In this document: piece by piece, positions 56,098 to 64,000 of the stretch
Numbering within the stretch: position 1 is the first letter of the stretch
Layout of the letters: every line of letters begins with the position of its first letter
From: Actinomycetota bacterium
GTDB taxonomy: Bacteria; Actinomycetota; Acidimicrobiia; Acidimicrobiales; SZUA-35
Length of the DNA: 64,000 nt
Direction: 5' to 3'
Assembly (NCBI GenBank): GCA_039201605.1
Contig: JBCCRO010000021.1
Location: 7,738-71,737, forward strand
Made by a program: the position numbers and the translations under genes
Notes under the pieces: model-generated
Seen by the model: only the letters and a program-made list of their open reading frames with translations
Database searches by the model: none
What the model was told of the DNA's origin: nothing

Positions 56098-57228
56098 GTG
56101 CGTAGTACCAGGATCCTTTCCCGAGGCTCGTTCGCCCGTCTCGTGGCCGTCCTCGCCGCCGTCGCCCTGCTCGCCGCGGCCTGCGGAGACGACGCCGACG
56201 ACGACGCCTCGGCCAGCAGCTCGGCATCGGCCTCCGCATCGGCCTCGGCGTCGGAGCCCGCCTCGGGGTCCGGGTCGGGCTCGTCCTCGGCCTCCGAGCC
56301 GGCCGAGGAGTCCGACGAGGACGCCGCGACCGACGACGGGGCCGCCGCCGGCACGGTCGCCGTGGCCGATGTGCTGGGCGAGACCGAGGTGACCATCACC
56401 GACTCGGGCGTCTACGCCCTGGACGAGTTCGCCGGTATCGCCCTGCTCACCCTCGGGGTCGAGCCGGTTGCGGTCGAGAACTTCTTCTTCGACGCCACGC
56501 TCGGCGCAGTGGTGGAGGCGGAGGGCATCGCCCTCAACGAGGCGGGCAGCCTCGAGACGGTGGCCGCCGCCCAGCCCGAGTTGATCCTGGGCATCGGTCA
56601 CCCGAACCACATCGAGGTCCGGGAACAGCACCTGGCCATCGCTCAGACCGTCACCCCTGATTTCACCACCAGCTGGGTCGATCAGACTGCGGTGTTCGCC
56701 GCCGCCACCGGCACCGACGCCCGGGGCGAGGCCGTGGCCGCCGCCGTCCAGGCCCGCATCGACGAGCTCGCGGCCGAGATCGAGGGGGCCGGACGTTCCG
56801 GCGAGCAGGTGTCGATCATCCAGACCTTCGGCGCCGAGTACTACGCCTACGGGCCGACCACCCTCGTCGGTCAGATCGTCGAGGAGGTGGGGCTGACCCG
56901 GTCGGAGCTCCAGTCCGGCGCCGGCGACTTCGGCTTCATCCTCCTCTCGGAGGAGCAGCTCGGTCAGGAGACCTCCAGCGAGGTCGTCATCGGCATCTCC
57001 GGCGTCGACAGCGATTTCGTCTCGATCTTCGACAGCCCGGTGGTCGAGGCCGACGAGGCCGACACCGGGATCGTGATCGACACCTGGACCGGCAACCACG
57101 CCCTCGCCGCCTGGATCATCCTCGACGACCTGCAGTCGATCCTCTTCGGCGACGGCTCGACCACCACGCTCGAGAGCGTCCCCGAGGCGTGGTCCGAGCT
57201 GGAGTCGGCCATCGACGCCCAGGGCTGA
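56098..57228 (+). CDS. iron-siderophore-type ABC substrate-binding lipoprotein
   Basis: Lipobox LAAAC, Ser-rich linker, LLTLGVEPVA and SLETVAAAQPELILG. Confidence 0.82.
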   Translation: MRSTRILSRGSFARLVAVLAAVALLAAACGDDADDDASASSSASASASASASEPASGSGSGSSSASEPAEESDEDAATDDGAAAGTVAVADVLGETEVTITDSGVYALDEFAGIALLTLGVEPVAVENFFFDATLGAVVEAEGIALNEAGSLETVAAAQPELILGIGHPNHIEVREQHLAIAQTVTPDFTTSWVDQTAVFAAATGTDARGEAVAAAVQARIDELAAEIEGAGRSGEQVSIIQTFGAEYYAYGPTTLVGQIVEEVGLTRSELQSGAGDFGFILLSEEQLGQETSSEVVIGISGVDSDFVSIFDSPVVEADEADTGIVIDTWTGNHALAAWIILDDLQSILFGDGSTTTLESVPEAWSELESAIDAQG

Positions 57229-57262
57229 TCGCCAGGGGCTGATCGTCGTCCCGTCGTGTCGG

Positions 57263-57847
57263 CTACGTCAGGGCCGACATGACGAGGACGACGCCGAACC
57301 CGGCGAACAGGACGATCCCGGCCAGGGCCAGCGGCCGTTGCGGCAGTCGCCGACCCAGCAGCCGCCCGATGCCGACGCCGAGCAGACCGGCGGCCACGAT
57401 GCCGGCGAGGGCGCCGAGCCAGACGGCGACCGGTCGGCCCTGGGCCGCCAGGGCCGCCGTGGCGAACATCGTCTTGTCGCCCAACTCGGCGGCGGTCATG
57501 GCGATCGTCACCGTGGCGAAGGCCCGGACGGAGTTGGCCGCCGGCGGCGCCGGTCCGTCTTGGCCGTCCTTCCCGATCGAGCGGAGTGAGATGATCCCCG
57601 CCACGGCCAACCCGAGGAACAGCAGTCCGGCGATGAGGCCGACGGCCTCGGTCGACAGCAGATGACCACCGACGGCACCGAGGGCCACGGAGAGTGTCGA
57701 CGTGATGAGGTAGGCGGCCACCACACCGGCCGCCACCGAGGTGAACCGGTTGCGAGTGGCCAGGCCGAGGGCCAGGAGCTGGGTCTTGTCGCCGACCTCG
57801 GCGATGAACACCAGGGCAAAGGCGGCCAGGACGTCACTCACGCCCAA
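57263..57847 (-). CDS. TMEM165/GDT1 (UPF0016) Mn/Ca transporter
   Basis: Two ExGDKT motifs (EVGDKTQL, ELGDKTM). Confidence 0.9.
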   Translation of the reverse strand: MGVSDVLAAFALVFIAEVGDKTQLLALGLATRNRFTSVAAGVVAAYLITSTLSVALGAVGGHLLSTEAVGLIAGLLFLGLAVAGIISLRSIGKDGQDGPAPPAANSVRAFATVTIAMTAAELGDKTMFATAALAAQGRPVAVWLGALAGIVAAGLLGVGIGRLLGRRLPQRPLALAGIVLFAGFGVVLVMSALT

Positions 57848-57856
57848 CGACGGTAC

Positions 57857-58648
57857 TCAGGTTCGGGCGAGACGAGCTGCCTGTCGTAAGAGGTCGAGAC
57901 GGTCGGCGGCGCCGCGGGAGCGTTTCGGGCGGCGTCGCATCAGCTCGGCGACCACGGTCTCGACCACGGCGAGCGTGGGGACGAGGGTGGCCAACGTGGT
58001 GGTGGCGCCCCGGCCCACCGGGACCGTGACCGGCGCTCCGAGCCCGTCGGGCGGCGGCGAGCCGATGACGAGGAGGGGGCAGGGGGTCTCGGCGGCGCAG
58101 GCCTGGAACGCCGCCAGCTGTGGATGACGATCGGCGAACGACAGCAGCACCAACACGGTCGTCGAACGGACCGTCACCAGTCGGTCGGCGAGCGAGCGGC
58201 CCGAGTCGGCCGTCGCCTCGGCGGGCAGTCCCGCCCGGCGCAGCAGGGTCGCCATCGTCTCGGCCATCCCGGCGGTCGGGCCAACGGCCCCCACGAGCAC
58301 CTCACCGGCGTCGTCGAGCACATCGACCGCCGCCGCCAGATGGGGGAGCGCCGCGCCGGCGGCGTGGTCGAGGGCGCGGGCGGCATCGGCCAGGCGGCCG
58401 GCGGCGCCGTCGTCCGCCCGTTCGGCGTCGAGGAAGGACTGCGCCCGCTGGGGCCAGTCGTCGCTCACCGCCGCCTGCTTCAGGTCGTCGAAGCCGGCGT
58501 GGCCGAGCAGCCGGGCGGTGCGGATGACGGTGGCGTCGCTCACCGCGGCCCGCTCCGCCACCTCCAGGGCCGACAGCACGGCGACCTGCGGGCCGAGCTC
58601 GTCGAGGACGGCGATGACCCGACGCACGGCGGGCGGGTGATCGGTCAT
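57857..58648 (-). CDS. MurR/RpiR family regulator
   Basis: HTH EVAERAAVSDATVIRTARLLGHAGFDDLK plus a SIS-like domain. Confidence 0.82.
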   Translation of the reverse strand: MTDHPPAVRRVIAVLDELGPQVAVLSALEVAERAAVSDATVIRTARLLGHAGFDDLKQAAVSDDWPQRAQSFLDAERADDGAAGRLADAARALDHAAGAALPHLAAAVDVLDDAGEVLVGAVGPTAGMAETMATLLRRAGLPAEATADSGRSLADRLVTVRSTTVLVLLSFADRHPQLAAFQACAAETPCPLLVIGSPPPDGLGAPVTVPVGRGATTTLATLVPTLAVVETVVAELMRRRPKRSRGAADRLDLLRQAARLART

Positions 58649-59424
58649 GATCGGCCGGTCGTGGCCCGGAGCCGATGATCGGCGGTGAAGAACCGGGCCG
58701 ACAGGCCGAGCGCCATGACGGCGGTCGTCATCGTCACCGATCCGAGGACGAGGAACATCACGGCGGCCTGGACCAACACGGCCTCCGACACGTCGACGCC
58801 GGCCAGTACCAGCCCCACCATGGCCCCGGGGAGGAAGACGATCCCCACCGACTTCGTCCGCTCGATCTGCGGGATGAGGGCCTGACGGAGGGCCCGGCGG
58901 ACGTGAGGGGCGAAGGCGGCCGAGCCCGAGAGGCCGAGGGCGAGCCGGGCCTCGATCTCGTTGCGGTGCTCATCGGCCTCGGCCGCCAGCCGGGTGCAGA
59001 CCAGGACGGTCGCCCCCAGGGAGTTGCCGACCATCATCCCGGCCAGGGGTACCAGGGCCCGCCCTTGGAGCTCGAACACGCCGAACCCGAACAGCACGGC
59101 GACGCACACCGCGGTTGCGGTGGCGAAGGCCAGCGCCGCCAGCCCGACGATGCGGTGGGCGCTGCCCACCCGACGCTGGGTGGTGACGGCGGCGAAGGCG
59201 ATCATGGCCACGATCCACAGCCAGGACAGGATCAGGGGGTCATCGTCGTCGACGACGAGGTGGAGGGCGGCGCCGACCAACGTGAGCTGGGCGGCGGCCC
59301 GACCGCAGGCGACGAGGATGTCCGGACCGAGATCGAGCCCCCGCCAGAGCGAGATCGCCACCGTGATCAACACCAGCACACCGGAGAAGGCGAGCCCGAT
59401 CGGGGTCATGGTGTTGGCGATCAT
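58645..59424 (-). CDS. fetB: FetB/UPF0014 ABC permease
   Basis: RAAAQL, VPLAGMMVGNS, EARLALG and GIVFLPGAMVG. Confidence 0.88.
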   Translation of the reverse strand: MIANTMTPIGLAFSGVLVLITVAISLWRGLDLGPDILVACGRAAAQLTLVGAALHLVVDDDDPLILSWLWIVAMIAFAAVTTQRRVGSAHRIVGLAALAFATATAVCVAVLFGFGVFELQGRALVPLAGMMVGNSLGATVLVCTRLAAEADEHRNEIEARLALGLSGSAAFAPHVRRALRQALIPQIERTKSVGIVFLPGAMVGLVLAGVDVSEAVLVQAAVMFLVLGSVTMTTAVMALGLSARFFTADHRLRATTGRS

Positions 59425-60122
59425 TGGGCGCCGACCGCCTGGCGGACGGTGGGGTCGGTGTGGGTGGCCAGGTCGGCGATGGTGCCGGTGGCCTCGACGG
59501 TGCCGTCGGCCATCACCACGACGGTGTCGGCCAGGCGGCCGATCTGGGCCGGATCGTGCGAGACCCAGATCCAGGCCACGGCATCGCGCCGGGCCAGATC
59601 GACGGCGAGCTGTTCGATCAGCCGGGTCGCCTCGGCGTCGAGCGATGCGGTCGGCTCGTCGGCCAGGATCACCTTCGGCCCGGTGGCCAGGGTTCGGGCC
59701 AGGCAGAGCCGCTGGGCCTCGCCCCCCGACAGCGTCCTGGCCTCCTGGTCGGCGATGTCACCGAGGCCGACCCGGGCCAGGAGGGCCCGCCGACCGTCGG
59801 GGGAGAGCGACGGGTCGGCGACGGCGAGGTTGTCGGCCGCCGTGCCCTCGAACAGCACCGGGTGTTGGGCCACGTAGCCGACCTCTCGGCGGTGGGCGCA
59901 CACGTCGAGGGTGGACAGGTCGTCGCCCCGCCAGGTGACGGTGCCGGAGGAGGGCACGTCGAGCCGGTTGAGCAGGCGGAGCAGCGACGATTTGCCGGCC
60001 CCCGACGGCCCGGCGATCACGGTGAAGCCGGTGGCCTCGATCGTCAGGTCGACACCGTCGAGGACCTGCCGGTCGGCGGCGGCGACCGATACGCCGTTCA
60101 GGGCCAGGTTGCTTGTGTTCAC
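59421..60122 (-). CDS. FetA-like ABC ATP-binding protein
   Basis: GPSGAGKS, LSGGEAQR and DEPTASLD; overlaps fetB. Confidence 0.85.
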   Translation of the reverse strand: MNTSNLALNGVSVAAADRQVLDGVDLTIEATGFTVIAGPSGAGKSSLLRLLNRLDVPSSGTVTWRGDDLSTLDVCAHRREVGYVAQHPVLFEGTAADNLAVADPSLSPDGRRALLARVGLGDIADQEARTLSGGEAQRLCLARTLATGPKVILADEPTASLDAEATRLIEQLAVDLARRDAVAWIWVSHDPAQIGRLADTVVVMADGTVEATGTIADLATHTDPTVRQAVGAQ

Positions 60123-60193
60123 GAGATATCCATAGCGATCTTGTGAATACAATAGCCGGGCGAGGTGGCGGGCGGGACCGTTGGCGGGCCTTA

Positions 60194-60212
60194 TGAGGCA
60201 GGGTTAACATCG
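60194..60212. promoter_or_regulatory. weak DtxR/IdeR-like box
   Basis: TGAGGCAGGGTTAACATCG matches about 12/19 of the consensus. Confidence 0.35.
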
Positions 60213-60243
60213 GCCTCGGTCGGTCAAACGGAGGTGGCGCCCG

Positions 60244-60831
60244 ATGTCGTTCAGCTTGTCGGTGAGGGATCTGATCACGATCGGCGTGTTCTCGGCCGTC
60301 TACCTCGGGGCCTACGTGATCCTGTCAGGCGTGCTCTTCACGCCGTGGCTGTTCATCCTGCTGCTGCCGATCGGGGCGCTGCTCATGGCGCCGGTCTACC
60401 TCCTCTTCATCGCCCGCACCCAGAAGCCGTTCGCCATCACGGTGCTCGGCCTGGTGGCCGCCGTCATCGCCGGCTTGCTCGTGTACGGCAGCGTCCTCAT
60501 CGCCCTGGTGAATCTCGGGGTGGCGGTCGTGGCCGATGCCATCGCCTTCGCCGGCCGATACCGCAGCCTCACCCTCAACGTCATCAGCTACGTCGTCATG
60601 TCGTTCTGGGTGCTCGGTCAGGTCGGCCCACTCTGGGTGGCCCGCGACTGGTGGCGCGAGCTGACGATCACGTCCGGGTACTCGGCCGACTACGCCGACG
60701 GCTCCCTCGACCTGGCAACGCCCCTGAGTTTCGGCCTGCTGGTCGTGGCCACGATCGTCGCCGCCCTGGTCAGCTCCTACGTGGCCCGCGACATGCTCGA
60801 CCGCCACTTCCGCCGGGCCGGCGTGGCCTGA
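60244..60831 (+). CDS. MptD-family ECF transporter S component
   Basis: LSVRDLITIGVFSAVY N-terminus and HFRRAGVA C-terminus. Confidence 0.85.
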   Translation: MSFSLSVRDLITIGVFSAVYLGAYVILSGVLFTPWLFILLLPIGALLMAPVYLLFIARTQKPFAITVLGLVAAVIAGLLVYGSVLIALVNLGVAVVADAIAFAGRYRSLTLNVISYVVMSFWVLGQVGPLWVARDWWRELTITSGYSADYADGSLDLATPLSFGLLVVATIVAALVSSYVARDMLDRHFRRAGVA

Positions 60832-61526
60832 TGACGAGCGCCATCGAGGCGCCCGCCGGTCGGTTCCGCCTCGATCCCCGCACCAAGCTCCTCCTGCTGG
60901 TGCTCATGAACGTCGTCGTCTACAGCTACGGCAACGCCCTCTTCATCTACCTCGGGGTCGCCTTCGGGGCGCTGTTGCTGGTGGTCGCCGGTTCGTTGCG
61001 GGCGGTGGCCATGCTCACCGCCACCTATGCCGTGCTCTTCGCCATCGACGCCGTCATCGGGGCTGCGCCCGGGGCCGTGGTCGAGTTGTGGAACGGCCTC
61101 AGCCTGTCGTTCTTCGTGGCACTGCCGACGGCGGTCTACGCCCTACTGCTGGTCACGACGACCACGATGAGCGAGTTGGCGGCCGCCCTGCAGAAGCTGC
61201 GGGTGCCGACGGCGGCCATGATCCCGCTGCTGGTGTTCGTGCGCTTCGTCCCCGCCGTGGCCCAGGACTTCCGGGCCATCACCACCGCCATGCGGCTCCG
61301 GGGGGCCACCGGTGGCGGCAATCCCCTGCGGGCGATGGAGTACGTGTACGTGCCGCTGCTGCTCGGCCTCGTGCGGACCGGCGACCAGCTGACCGTCGCC
61401 GCGCTGACCCGGGGCCTCGGCCGGTTCCGGACCCGGACCTATGTGGTCGAGCCGCGCTTCGGTGTCGTCGACGTGCTCGCCGTGGCCGTGATGGTCGCGC
61501 TCCTCGTCGCCGCCTCCCGCGCATGA
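60831..61526 (+). CDS. ECF transporter T component
   Basis: LDPRTKL, RFVP, AMRLRG and AALTRG. Confidence 0.88.
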   Translation: MTSAIEAPAGRFRLDPRTKLLLLVLMNVVVYSYGNALFIYLGVAFGALLLVVAGSLRAVAMLTATYAVLFAIDAVIGAAPGAVVELWNGLSLSFFVALPTAVYALLLVTTTTMSELAAALQKLRVPTAAMIPLLVFVRFVPAVAQDFRAITTAMRLRGATGGGNPLRAMEYVYVPLLLGLVRTGDQLTVAALTRGLGRFRTRTYVVEPRFGVVDVLAVAVMVALLVAASRA

Positions 61527-63019
61527 TCACCCTCGACGAAGCGGGCTTCACCTTCGAGGGCAGCGAGCAGCCGGCCCTGGCCGACGTCAGCGTCGAGATC
61601 GCCGCCGGCGAGCTGGTGCTGGTGTGCGGCCGGTCGGGCTGCGGGAAGTCGACGTTGCTCAAGCTGCTCAACGGTGTCGCCCCCGGTTTCGAGGAGGGCG
61701 AGGTGGCGGGATCGATCCGGGTGGCCGATATCGACCCCGGTCAGGTGACGATGCAGGAGCTGTCGGCCACCGTTGGCTCGGTGTTCCAGCACCCCCGGTC
61801 GCAGCTCTTCAGTATCGACACCGTCGACGAGCTGTTGTTCGGGTGCGGCAACCACCGGGTCGACCGCGAGGTCATGCTCGGCCGCCTCGATGAGACGGTG
61901 GCGGCGTTCGGGATCGAGGAGTTCCTCGACCGGTCGACCTTCCGGCTCTCGGGCGGCGAGGCCCAGAAGATCGTGTGCGCCAGCACCCACATGAACCGGC
62001 CCTCGGTCTACGTGCTCGACGAACCGAGCGCCAACCTCGACGACGGTGCGATCGACCAACTGGTCGAGGTGCTCGTCGCCTTGAAGCGGTCGGGGGCGAC
62101 GATCGTGGTCGCCGAGCACCGGCTGCACTACCTCACCGACCTGTGCGATCGGGTGCTCTACCTCGATGAGGGGCGGCTGGTGGCGCAGTACACGGGCGAC
62201 GAGTTCCGGGCCCTCGACGACGACCGGCGTTCGACCATGGGTCTCCGGGCCACCGCCGTCGAGCAGCTCTCCGCCGACGGCGACGGCGACGGCGCGGGTG
62301 ACGGCGATGACGTGGGTGACGGCGACGGTGCAGGGGAGGGTCGCGCTGCATCGGGCGAGTCGGCGCCGGACCCGACGGCCGATGCGGTGACCGTCGAGCG
62401 GCTCCGCTGTCGCCGCCGTCGGCGGACGATCGTCGACGTGGCCGGGCTCGAACTGCCGAAACACTCCGTGATCGCCCTCACCGGCCCCAACGGGGTGGGG
62501 AAGTCCACCTTCCTCGCCGGACTGAGCGGGGCGATGAAGGCCGACGCCGTCGTCGACGACGGCGGCAAGCTCTCCCGACGCCAGCGGCTCCGTCGGTCGT
62601 TCGTGGTGATGCAGGACGTCCACCAGCAGCTCTTCGGCGAGTCGGTGCTCGACGAGGTGTTGTTGGGCCACGATCTCGACGACGAGGCCAGGTTGGCCCA
62701 GGCCGACGACGTTCTGACCTCGCTCGGGCTGGCCTCCCGCCGGGACGTGCATCCCTACTGCCTGTCCGGTGGCGAGAAGCAGCGCACGGCGGTGGCGGCC
62801 GCCCTGCTGGCCAATACCCGCTACCTGCTGTTCGACGAGCCGACGAGCGGGATCGATCTCGACCACATGACGCGCTTCGGACGACTGCTCCAGGAGATCA
62901 AGGGATCGGTCGACCTGGTGATCGTGGCGACCCACGATCGGGAGTTCGTCCGGTCGTGCGCCGACCACGTGGTCGAGCTCTCGGCCGGTCGGGCGTCGGC
63001 ACCGTACCGGCTTCGCTGA
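61523..63019 (+). CDS. ECF transporter duplicated ATPase
   Basis: Two ABC domains (GRSGCGKST/LSGGE and GPNGVGKST/LSGGEKQR). Confidence 0.9.
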   Translation: MITLDEAGFTFEGSEQPALADVSVEIAAGELVLVCGRSGCGKSTLLKLLNGVAPGFEEGEVAGSIRVADIDPGQVTMQELSATVGSVFQHPRSQLFSIDTVDELLFGCGNHRVDREVMLGRLDETVAAFGIEEFLDRSTFRLSGGEAQKIVCASTHMNRPSVYVLDEPSANLDDGAIDQLVEVLVALKRSGATIVVAEHRLHYLTDLCDRVLYLDEGRLVAQYTGDEFRALDDDRRSTMGLRATAVEQLSADGDGDGAGDGDDVGDGDGAGEGRAASGESAPDPTADAVTVERLRCRRRRRTIVDVAGLELPKHSVIALTGPNGVGKSTFLAGLSGAMKADAVVDDGGKLSRRQRLRRSFVVMQDVHQQLFGESVLDEVLLGHDLDDEARLAQADDVLTSLGLASRRDVHPYCLSGGEKQRTAVAAALLANTRYLLFDEPTSGIDLDHMTRFGRLLQEIKGSVDLVIVATHDREFVRSCADHVVELSAGRASAPYRLR

Positions 63020-63116
63020 GGCGCGCCGTCGCCGGGTCGATGAGCTGGTCGGGCGCCGGCCGGCCGACGCGAAACCCGGTTGCCGGCGGGCGATCGTCCC
63101 AGCACACTCGCGGGCG

Positions 63117-63662
63117 ATGACGAGCGAACTCCCGGCGATCGACTCGGCCCGGCTGCGACTGGAGCCGCTTCGACCCGACGAGGTCGATGCCCTGTTCGCC
63201 ATCGCCCGGAACCCGGCGTCGATCGAGGACTACCAGCTTGCGGCGACGGTGCGCGCCGACGTGGAGGCGTGGGTGGCCCCGCTGCTCACCGGTGAGGAGC
63301 TGGGTTGGACCATCCGATCGGGGGAGCGCATCATCGGCCTGGTGGCGCTGGAGCCGGCCGCCGACGACGGCGAGGAAGACGGTGGGGGCGGGAAGGGTCC
63401 CAGCGCCGAGATCGGCTACTTCGTCGACGCCGCCGAGGCCGGGCAGGGGTTCGCCAGCGAAGCCACGGCGGCGGTGACCCGCTGGGCGCTGGAGACCGGA
63501 CGCTTTCGACGACTGACCGCCGGCGTCACCGTCCGCAATGTCGCCTCCCGTCGCGTTCTGGAGAAAGCGGGCTATCGCCACACCCACACCTCGGCCCGGG
63601 ATTGGGAGTGGAAGGGCGAGCTGCTCGACAGTGCGTATTACGTCATCGAATCACCGCCGTAG
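63117..63662 (+). CDS. GNAT (RimJ/RimL-like) N-acetyltransferase
   Basis: EIGYFV...GQGFASEA...NVASRRVLEKAGY. Confidence 0.88.
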   Translation: MTSELPAIDSARLRLEPLRPDEVDALFAIARNPASIEDYQLAATVRADVEAWVAPLLTGEELGWTIRSGERIIGLVALEPAADDGEEDGGGGKGPSAEIGYFVDAAEAGQGFASEATAAVTRWALETGRFRRLTAGVTVRNVASRRVLEKAGYRHTHTSARDWEWKGELLDSAYYVIESPP

Positions 63663-63778
63663 CGCCGTCCGGTCTCCGTAGGTGCGGACAAACCGGCGGG
63701 TGGTAGTGTTCGGAGTGCTGTCGGATTTTGGGCAAATCCCTAGCTGTTGGTGATTGGCGTACCAAAAGGCGGAACACG

Positions 63779-64000
63779 ATGGTGGAGGGTGAGGACGAGG
63801 GGCCGATCGATGCCGCTCGTCTCCTGGCGGACCTTGAGGCGATCGACGGGATCGGCGGACCGCCGGTGTCATCGACTCCCGAGAACGACGCGGCGGAGAC
63901 CGAGCCGCCCACGGTCGACGAGGACCCACCGGCAGATGCTTCGGCCGAGGGTGCGTTGGCGCCGGCCGAGGCCACCGTCGTCGCCCCGGTCGGCGACAGC
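63779..64000 (+). CDS. hypothetical protein, 5' fragment
   Basis: ATG opens an acidic frame (MVEGEDEGPIDAARLLADLEAIDG...) that runs off the window end. Confidence 0.45.
   Translation, partial: MVEGEDEGPIDAARLLADLEAIDGIGGPPVSSTPENDAAETEPPTVDEDPPADASAEGALAPAEATVVAPVGDS

Overview
High-GC actinobacterial chromosomal DNA, most consistent with class Acidimicrobiia (inferred from gene content). No transposase, integrase, prophage or CRISPR array was found. In order it carries: purB; a Glu-Asp-Phe tRNA cluster; plsY/degV; clpS; a cytochrome c oxidase locus (ctaA, ctaB, caa3-type ctaC-D-E, subunit IV, ctaG) preceded by a ligand-less 'shadow' copy of subunits I and III plus a CtaF-like protein; pdxH; an iniRBAC-like dynamin locus; ccdA/tlpA; whiB7 with its uORF attenuator; orn/dut; a small-peptide + membrane GGDEF-EAL + DUF5317 module; a LigD-type ligase; an acyl-ACP desaturase; and a long Zn/Fe homeostasis region. 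The two best candidates for undescribed systems are (1) the 32-aa peptide / GGDEF-EAL / LspA-like DUF5317 cassette at 33771-36810, a possible peptide-signalling circuit that controls c-di-GMP, and (2) the cofactor-less pseudo-oxidase genes at 7128-10220. All family calls come from reading motifs by eye; no database search was run, so novelty is unverified.
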